Below, piece after piece: positions 57,685 to 64,000 of a stretch of DNA of 64,000 nucleotides (position 1 is its first letter; the number at the start of each line of letters is the position of its first letter). Below the pieces are notes generated by a model that saw only the letters and a list, made by a program, of their open reading frames with translations, searched no databases and was not told the origin of the DNA. Location: NCBI RefSeq assembly GCF_028368995.1, contig NZ_JAQNDL010000001.1:64001-128000 (forward strand), in the 5' to 3' direction. Origin of the DNA: Nannocystis bainbridge (GTDB lineage: Bacteria > Myxococcota_A > Polyangia > Nannocystales > Nannocystaceae). A program made the translations under genes and the position numbers.

Positions 57685-59034
57685 GTGCCGTCCGCGTCCG
57701 CGCCCGCAGTCGCCGTCGTCGGCGCGGGCTTCTGCGGCGCCGCCCTCGCCTGGCACCTGGCCCGCGCCGGCGGCCCGCGGGTGACCCTGATCGACGGCCG
57801 CGGCGAGTTCGGTCCCGGCCTGGCCTATCGGACAGGCGATCCGCGCCACCTCCTCAACACCCCGGCCGGGCGGATGAGCGCGCTGGCGGACGACCCCGAG
57901 CATTTCGTCCGCTGGGCCCGGACCGGCGACCATGCAGTCGGCGGCGGCAGCTTCTTGCCGCGCGGCGTCTACGGCGACTACCTGCGCCACCTGGTGGCCG
58001 AGGCGAACGTCACCTGTCTCAAGGGCCATGTCGTGGAAGCCCGCCCGCCCGCCCCGGGCAGGTCCGCCGTGCTGGCGCTGAGCGACGGCACCGAGCTGGC
58101 CGCCGACCACGTCGTGCTCGCCGTCGGCAACCTGCCGCCGCGCCTGCCCGCCGGGCTGGGGCCGCAAGTCCGCGCCGATCCGCGCTACGTCCACGACCCG
58201 TGGACGGCGCCCGGGCCCGCGATCGCGCCGGACGCCACCGTGCTGGTCTGCGGGACAGGTCTGTCGGCGCTCGACCTCGCGCTCGGGCTGGGCGGCGCCG
58301 GCCACCGCGGCCCGATCCACCTGCTGTCGCGCCACGGCCTGTTGCCGCAGGCCCATCGCGCCCCCTCGCGGCCGCCCGAGCCGCATCCGCCCGCGTTCAC
58401 CGACTGGCCAGCCACCGCGCGCGGGAGCCTGCACGCGCTGCGAGCAGCCGCCCGCCTCGAGGCGACCCGCGACGGCGACTGGCGCGACGTGCTGGCCGAC
58501 CTGCGACCGGTGACGCAGGCGATCTGGCGCCGCTGGCCCGCGGACGAGCGCGACCGGTTCGTGCGCCACCTGCGGGTGTTCTGGGAGGCCCACCGCCACC
58601 GCGCGGCCCCGGCGACCGCGGCCGCGATCGCCGAGCTGCGCGCGGCGGGCCGCCTACAGGTCCACGCCGGGCGCGTCGTGGACATGTCCCTCGGGACAGA
58701 CGCGATCACGCTGGCGATCCGCCCGCGCGGCCGGACCGACCGCGTCCACCTGCGCGTCGCGGCGCTGCTCAACGCCACCGGCCCGTCGCCCGACCCGCGC
58801 GACGGCGCCGACCCGTTGCTGCGCGACCTGATCGCCCGCGGCCTGCTGGTGCCCGAGCCGCTCGGCGCGGCGATCACCGACGACGGCGCGGTGATCGACG
58901 CCCACGGCCGCGCCTCGAGCTGGCTGCACGCGCTCGGCGGCCTGCGCCGGCCGCAGCTGTGGGAGACGACGGCCGTGCTCGAGCTGGCGCCCCAGTGTCA
59001 GGCGCTGGCCGAGCGGCTGCGGGGCCGGCAGTGA
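57685..59034 (+). CDS. FAD/NAD(P)-binding protein
   Basis: VVGAGFCG, GPGLAY...HLLN...MSA, GTGLSALD, WEAHRHR, WETTAV. Confidence 0.88.
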   Translation: MPSASAPAVAVVGAGFCGAALAWHLARAGGPRVTLIDGRGEFGPGLAYRTGDPRHLLNTPAGRMSALADDPEHFVRWARTGDHAVGGGSFLPRGVYGDYLRHLVAEANVTCLKGHVVEARPPAPGRSAVLALSDGTELAADHVVLAVGNLPPRLPAGLGPQVRADPRYVHDPWTAPGPAIAPDATVLVCGTGLSALDLALGLGGAGHRGPIHLLSRHGLLPQAHRAPSRPPEPHPPAFTDWPATARGSLHALRAAARLEATRDGDWRDVLADLRPVTQAIWRRWPADERDRFVRHLRVFWEAHRHRAAPATAAAIAELRAAGRLQVHAGRVVDMSLGTDAITLAIRPRGRTDRVHLRVAALLNATGPSPDPRDGADPLLRDLIARGLLVPEPLGAAITDDGAVIDAHGRASSWLHALGGLRRPQLWETTAVLELAPQCQALAERLRGRQ

Positions 59035-59080
59035 CGTGTCCCTCGGGGCATGTCCTCGACGACATGCCCCTTCAGACAGC
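59033..59080. repeat. 14-bp-phased array filling a convergent gap
   Basis: Cores at 59035,59049,59063,59077. Confidence 0.88.
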
Positions 59081-59083
59081 CTC

Positions 59084-60439
59084 TCACTCGTCTGACTCGG
59101 GCTCGCCCGTGCCTCCGCGCAGCTGCTGCAAGCGGGCCCACGCGGCCGCCTCCCACCCGCGCGGGCCCGGTTGGGCGTAGCGCTGGCCGCGGAGCGCCTC
59201 GGGCAGGTAGCTCTCGCCCCCCGGCACCACCCCGCCGTCGAAGTCGTGCGGGTACTTGTAGCCGACCCCGTACTGCGCCTCGCGCATCAACGCGGTCACG
59301 GCGTTGCGGACCGCCATCGGCACCTCGAGGCTGCCCGCGCGCATCACATCCTTGCGCGCGTTGGCGTAGGCCGTCAGGGCCGTGTTGCTCTTCGGCGCCA
59401 GCGCCAGGAACAGCGCCGCCTGCGTCAGCGGCAGCACCGCCTCGGGCATGCCGATCTGGTGGGCCGCCTGGGCCGCAGCGACCGCCAGCGGCAGCGCCTG
59501 CGGCTCGGCGTTGCCGACGTCTTCGGCGGCGAAGATCACGATCCGCCGCGCCACGAAATCGACGTCTTCGCCCGCCTCGAGCATGCGCGCCAGCCAGTAC
59601 ACCGCCGCGTCGGCGTCGCTGGCCCGCATGCTCTTGATGAAGGCCGAGACCACGTTGTAGTGCTCCTCGCCGGCCTTGTCGTAGCGCAGCGAGCGGCCTC
59701 CGACCGCCAGCTGCGCCACCTCGCGGCTCAGCTGCGTCTCGCCCTCGGGCACCAGGTCGACCGCCAGCTCGAGCGTCCCGAGCGCCCGCCGGGCGTCGCC
59801 CTGCGCCGTGTGAGCCAGCGCCGCCAGCAGCCCGTCCTCGGCCTCGAGCTTGCGCGCCCCGAGCCCGCGCTCCTCGTCGGTCAGCGCCCGCCGCAGCAGC
59901 GCCACCAGGTCGCGGACCTCGATCGGCCGCAGCTGCAGCACCCGCACCCGGCTCAGCAGCGCCGCGTTGACCTCGAAGCTCGGGTTCTCGGTCGTCGCCC
60001 CGACCAGCGCGCACACCCCGGCCTCGAGGTGCGGCAGCAGGATGTCCTGCTGCGCCTTGTTGAAGCGGTGGATCTCGTCGACGAACAGCAGCGTCCCGCG
60101 GCCCTCGTGGGCCCGGCGCCGGCGCGCGACCTCGACCACCTCGCGCAGCTCCTTGGCCCCGGCCGAGGTCGCTGACAGCACGCAGAACGCGCTCTGCGTG
60201 TGCTCGGCCAGCAGCCGCGCCAGCGTCGTCTTGCCGGTCCCGGGAGGCCCCCACAGGATCAGGCTCGGCACCCTCCCGGTGTCCGCGAGCCGTCGCAAGA
60301 TCTTCCCCGGCGCGAGCAAGTGCGTCTGCCCCACGACCTCGTCGAGGCGGCGCGGCCGCATGCGCTCGGCCAGCGGCACCAGCGTGGGGTCGCGTTGCCA
60401 GGCCCGCTCGAAGAGGTCGTCGCTCGCGTGGGACTGCAC
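59084..60439 (-). CDS. rarA: Replication-associated recombination protein A (MgsA)
   Basis: PLAERMRP, WGPPGTGKTT, DEIHRFNKAQQD, GATTENPSF, SAFIKSMR, EDVGNA, YKYPH. Confidence 0.96.
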   Translation of the reverse strand: MQSHASDDLFERAWQRDPTLVPLAERMRPRRLDEVVGQTHLLAPGKILRRLADTGRVPSLILWGPPGTGKTTLARLLAEHTQSAFCVLSATSAGAKELREVVEVARRRRAHEGRGTLLFVDEIHRFNKAQQDILLPHLEAGVCALVGATTENPSFEVNAALLSRVRVLQLRPIEVRDLVALLRRALTDEERGLGARKLEAEDGLLAALAHTAQGDARRALGTLELAVDLVPEGETQLSREVAQLAVGGRSLRYDKAGEEHYNVVSAFIKSMRASDADAAVYWLARMLEAGEDVDFVARRIVIFAAEDVGNAEPQALPLAVAAAQAAHQIGMPEAVLPLTQAALFLALAPKSNTALTAYANARKDVMRAGSLEVPMAVRNAVTALMREAQYGVGYKYPHDFDGGVVPGGESYLPEALRGQRYAQPGPRGWEAAAWARLQQLRGGTGEPESDE

Positions 60440-60461
60440 GGTGCGTGGTAGCCTACCAGGC

Positions 60462-60995
60462 GTGACGCGCCGCGCCGCCCCTCCCGCGCCCGCGACCGCC
60501 CGCCGGTGGTCGACCTCGCCGCGTGCGCTGACCCTCGCGCTCGCCGTGGTCGCCGGCGTCGGGCCCGCCTGCGACGAGAAGTTCCAGTCCTTCCTCCGCA
60601 ACGCCTCCGACCGCCACGTCGAGCGCGAGAAGAAGAAGGAGACCGACGCCGATCGGGACGCCATCGAGGCGGCCGCGATCTCGCCGCCCGTGCGCGCCGC
60701 GATCGCCCTGGTCCGCACCAGCGACTACGACTTCGTCGCGGTCAAGTCCGACGGCAGCCGCAAGCGCTACAGCGGCTTCGACTTCGCCGCCATGCTCGAG
60801 ACCAAATCTCGCTGGCTCGGCCGCGGCCTCGACGAGCTGTCCGCCTGGCTCGACCAGATCGGCGGCCGCACCTTCTTCGGCGGCCGCTCCTACTTCGTCC
60901 GCTTGCCCGACGGCCGCGAGCTCAACTTCCGCAGCTGGCTCGAGGCCGAGATCGCGGCCCTGCCGACCGCCCTGCCCGCCACGGAGACCCCATGA
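60462..60995 (+). CDS. DUF5329/YfeK-like lipoprotein
   Basis: Possible lipobox GPAC; pattern V..S...F...Y...A.L..K ... G..Y.VR..DG....SWL. Confidence 0.6.
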   Translation: MTRRAAPPAPATARRWSTSPRALTLALAVVAGVGPACDEKFQSFLRNASDRHVEREKKKETDADRDAIEAAAISPPVRAAIALVRTSDYDFVAVKSDGSRKRYSGFDFAAMLETKSRWLGRGLDELSAWLDQIGGRTFFGGRSYFVRLPDGRELNFRSWLEAEIAALPTALPATETP

Positions 60996-61384
60996 CCGCA
61001 AAGATTGGCATCATCCTCGCCGGCCTCCTCGGCATGCTCGGCGTCGCCGCCGGAGCCTTCGGCGCCCACGGCCTGCGCGACCGCGTCGGCCCGCGCGAGC
61101 TCGAGATCTGGAACACCGGCGCGCACTACCAGCAGGTCCACGCCGTCGTCCTCCTGGCCGTCGCCCTGTGGGCCCTGTCCGCCTCGACCCGCGGCGAGCC
61201 GGTCGCCCTCCACGGCGTCGCCATGTCGCTGTTCGTCGCCGGCATCGCCATCTTCTCCGGCACCCTCTACGCCATCACCCTCGGCGGCCCGCGGATCCTC
61301 GGCGCCGTCACCCCGCTGGGCGGCCTGTGCCTGCTCGCCGGGTGGCTGACGATCGTCGTCCTCGGCCTGCGTCAGGTCGGGTAG
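60992..61384 (+). CDS. DUF423 (YgdD/TMEM256) membrane protein
   Basis: GAFGAHGL, YQQVHA, FSGTLY, GAVTPLGG...GW. Confidence 0.93.
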   Translation: MTAKIGIILAGLLGMLGVAAGAFGAHGLRDRVGPRELEIWNTGAHYQQVHAVVLLAVALWALSASTRGEPVALHGVAMSLFVAGIAIFSGTLYAITLGGPRILGAVTPLGGLCLLAGWLTIVVLGLRQVG

Positions 61385-61465
61385 CGGCCCGCTCGACCGG
61401 AGCCCGCCGCTTCGGCCCGCGTCTGGCAGCCGGTCGGCCTGTATCGACCTGCCGGCCGTACTTCG

Positions 61466-61543
61466 AGACATGTTCTATCGAACATGTCTCGAAGAGCATG
61501 CGCATGAAGACATGCTCTCATGCGCATGTCCCGGGGGCCATGC
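61466..61543. repeat. 14-bp-phased array at a convergent junction
   Basis: CATG at 61469,61483,61497,61511,61525,61539. Confidence 0.93.
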
Positions 61544-61589
61544 TCCTGTCACGCGCGTCGCGCCTCCGGAGCGCGCGCCGGCCCGTCGC

Positions 61590-62606
61590 TCAGTCGACCC
61601 CGCAGTAGCGCAGCGCGCAGGTCGGCGGCGCAGGCAGCTTGTACATCACGAACGGCCCGCAATTCTGCACCGCGATCGGGACCTTGAAGTGGCAGCTCTC
61701 GCCCTCCCAGTGGAAGCAGACCTCGCGCGCCACCACCCCGTCGGCGGGGCCCGGATCGGTCCCGCTGAGCCACCCGGGCGCGTGCGTCCCGCACGAGAAC
61801 TGCGGCGGCGCCGTGGTCGGCATGCGCCGCCCGGCCGAGCCGACGAAGCGCGACCACTGGCCCTCGGCCGGCAGATCCAGGTCGCACTCGACCTCCTCGA
61901 TCTGCGACGCCACGTTGCGCCCCGGCTGCGCCAGCGCGACCGCCTGCCCGCACTCGCCTGGTAGGTCCTCGGTCACGCACCCGTTGCAGCCGTCGCCGGG
62001 CGTCGCATTGCCGTCGTCGCACAGCTCGCCCTCGGCCGCCTGTAGCACGTTGTCGCCGCAGCGGGGCGCGAGCGCCGAGCAGCCGGGCGCGCAGCCCTCG
62101 TAGCTGTTGTCGTTGATCTTGTCGTCACACGCCTCGGTCCCCGCGCGGACGAAGCCGTCGCCGCAGCGCGCTTCCTTGCAGGTCGTCGGGCAGTCGTCGG
62201 TGTCCGAAGCGTTGCCGTCGTCGCACTCCTCGCCGTCCTCGATGGTCCCGTTGCCGCAGTCGGCGGGCGGCTCGGTCGTCACCGTCACCGTGAACGACGT
62301 CGGCCCGATGGTGGGGTCGGTGAACACGGTCGTGAAGGTCGGATCGATCGTCGTCGGGTCGATCGTCGTCGGGTCGATCGTCGTCGGGTCGATCGTCGTC
62401 GGGTCGATCGTCGTCTCGGTCGTCGGCGGATCGATCGTCGTCGGCAGCGTATCGGTCAGCGTATCGGTCAGCGTATCGGTGGTGATGGAGGTCGAAATGG
62501 TGTCGGTCGTATCGATCTTGATCGCGAAGCAGCCGCTCACGAGGTGCGCAAAAACAAGCCCTCGTGCCACGAGCCCCCACCGTCTACAAGCGAGTAACAT
62601 ATGCAC
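61590..62606 (-). CDS. Lipoprotein: Thr-rich stalk, Myxococcus Cys-rich repeats, C-terminal uromodulin/GP2-like D8C domain
   Basis: VSGC lipobox, TTIDP repeats, CGNG/CDDGN repeats, WSRFVG.AG.RM...CGTHAPGWL...VCFHW...C...YC. Confidence 0.82.
   Translation of the reverse strand: MHMLLACRRWGLVARGLVFAHLVSGCFAIKIDTTDTISTSITTDTLTDTLTDTLPTTIDPPTTETTIDPTTIDPTTIDPTTIDPTTIDPTFTTVFTDPTIGPTSFTVTVTTEPPADCGNGTIEDGEECDDGNASDTDDCPTTCKEARCGDGFVRAGTEACDDKINDNSYEGCAPGCSALAPRCGDNVLQAAEGELCDDGNATPGDGCNGCVTEDLPGECGQAVALAQPGRNVASQIEEVECDLDLPAEGQWSRFVGSAGRRMPTTAPPQFSCGTHAPGWLSGTDPGPADGVVAREVCFHWEGESCHFKVPIAVQNCGPFVMYKLPAPPTCALRYCGVD
62341..62442. repeat. 15-bp intragenic repeat encoding TTIDP
   Basis: GG(G/A)TCGATCGTCGTC repeated ~5-6 times. 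Confidence 0.85.
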
Positions 62607-62765
62607 TTCAAGTTACTCGTGGGCCCCGCACCCGTGCAAGGCCGAGCCCTCGATCGGGCTGGCCCGGGCCTGCGCGGCGCGATCCCGCGTGTTCGTGTGT
62701 CGCTCGCGGGTGCGGGCAATCGGCGTCAGTTGACAGCCGGCGAGCATTGCCGCATCGAGGCTCTG

Positions 62766-64000
62766 ATGACGAGGCAAACCCACCGCCCCTGGTTCGGTGC
62801 CGCGCTCGGGATTGTGTGGCTCGCGGGCTGTCCGAGCAGCCCGAACGCCAACGACACCGACGACCCGACCGCGACTGGTAACACGTCGATGACTGCGCCG
62901 TCCGGCGGGCCCACCGAGGCCACCGCGGGCGAGACCGAAGATCCGACGGCCGGCGATCCGACCGAGGACGGCGACGCCGCGGACCCTGGCCGCGTCACCG
63001 TTCACCGGCTCAACCGCACCGAGTACAACAACACCGTCCGGGACCTTCTCGGCACCGCGCAGCGGCCGGCCGACAGCTTCCCCGCCGACGACTTCGGCCT
63101 CGGCTTCGACAACATCTCCGACGTCCTCAGCCTCTCGCCGCTGCAGGCCGAGCTCTATGAGCGGGCCGCCGAGGGTCTGATCCTCGAGGCGATGGAGATC
63201 CCGATCACCGACCCGGGCACCTGGCAGATCGAGGCCGAAGACGCGCTCGCCTCGGTCGGCGGCGCCAGCGGCGAGGCCTGGAACCTCTACAGCAACGGCG
63301 AGGTGTACCAGACCATCGAGCTGCCCTACGACGGCCAGTACAAATTCAGCGCCCGCGTGTGGGGCCAGCAGGCCGGGCCCGACCTGCCGCACATGAACCT
63401 CACCGTCGACCAGGCGCCGGTGGCGATGTTCGACGTCGAGGCGGTGCAGAACGGCGCCCAGGTCTACGAGATCGAGATCGACGCCACCGCCGGCGTGCAC
63501 AAGTTCGCGGTCGAGTTCACCAACGACTTCTACGACGAGCCGAACATGGCCGACCGCAACCTGCTGGTCGACTGGTTCAAGGTCGAGGGCCCGATCAACC
63601 TGCCCGACGGCGACAACCCGCAGCGCACGCGCATCATGGTGTGCGACCCGAACGTCGACGGCGAAGAGGTCTGTCTGCGCCAGATCTTGAGCAGGTTCAC
63701 CGAGCGCGCCTGGCGACGCGCGGTCACCGGCGCCGAGCTCGACGCGCTGATGAAGTTCGTCAGCGACGCCAAGGGCGCCGGCGACACCTGGGAGTCGGGC
63801 CTGCGCATCGCCCTCCAGGCCGTCCTCGTCTCGCCGTACTTCATCTTCCGCGTCGAGCTCGACCCGGCGCCGACCGATCTCACGCCGCACCCGCTCGACG
63901 ACTTCGAGCTCGCCTCGCGCCTCTCCTACTTCCTGTGGAGCAGCATGCCCGACGACGAGCTGTTCGCCGCCGCGGCGGCCGGCAACCTCGAGGACCCGGA
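62766..64000 (+). CDS. DUF1587/DUF1595/DUF1592-type lipoprotein with inserted carbohydrate-binding-like domain (3'-truncated)
   Basis: Read manually from ATG 62766: LAGC lipobox, HRLNRTEYNNTVRDLLG, GFDN, FTNDFY...DRNL.VD, AVLVSPYFIFRVE, ELASRLSYFLWSSMPD. Confidence 0.88.
   Translation, partial: MTRQTHRPWFGAALGIVWLAGCPSSPNANDTDDPTATGNTSMTAPSGGPTEATAGETEDPTAGDPTEDGDAADPGRVTVHRLNRTEYNNTVRDLLGTAQRPADSFPADDFGLGFDNISDVLSLSPLQAELYERAAEGLILEAMEIPITDPGTWQIEAEDALASVGGASGEAWNLYSNGEVYQTIELPYDGQYKFSARVWGQQAGPDLPHMNLTVDQAPVAMFDVEAVQNGAQVYEIEIDATAGVHKFAVEFTNDFYDEPNMADRNLLVDWFKVEGPINLPDGDNPQRTRIMVCDPNVDGEEVCLRQILSRFTERAWRRAVTGAELDALMKFVSDAKGAGDTWESGLRIALQAVLVSPYFIFRVELDPAPTDLTPHPLDDFELASRLSYFLWSSMPDDELFAAAAAGNLEDP

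Overview
High-GC (roughly 70-73% by eye) myxobacterial-type chromosome segment, probably Nannocystis-like (inferred from the gene content). It holds mostly housekeeping genes: a GH13 amylase plus maltodextrin-type ABC operon, S9 peptidase, ClC channel, Clp ATPase, AglZ-like pseudo-receiver/coiled-coil protein, hflX, uppP, queA, HU, UDG, coaBC, the rib/nrdR/rpiB/fab/plsX/rpmF superoperon, lysC, pdxJ and rarA. It also has four tandem paralogous Cys-rich surface lipoproteins, each with its own promoter and terminator. The main unexplained signal is a dispersed 14-bp palindrome, TGTCC-N4-GGACA. I counted at least 19 perfect copies by hand (about 0.05 expected by chance) plus many degenerate ones. 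They are stacked head-to-tail in arrays with strict 14-bp phase (up to 8 CATG/CAGG/CCTG junction cores). The arrays sit at gene junctions, especially convergent ones, and are also written into coding sequence through rare codons and in-frame insertions. This looks like a lattice of binding sites for an unidentified chromosome-organising or regulatory protein. A second highlight is a bacterial lipoprotein ending in an animal-type uromodulin/GP2 D8C(D10C) domain. No rRNA, tRNA, CRISPR array or transposase was recognised.
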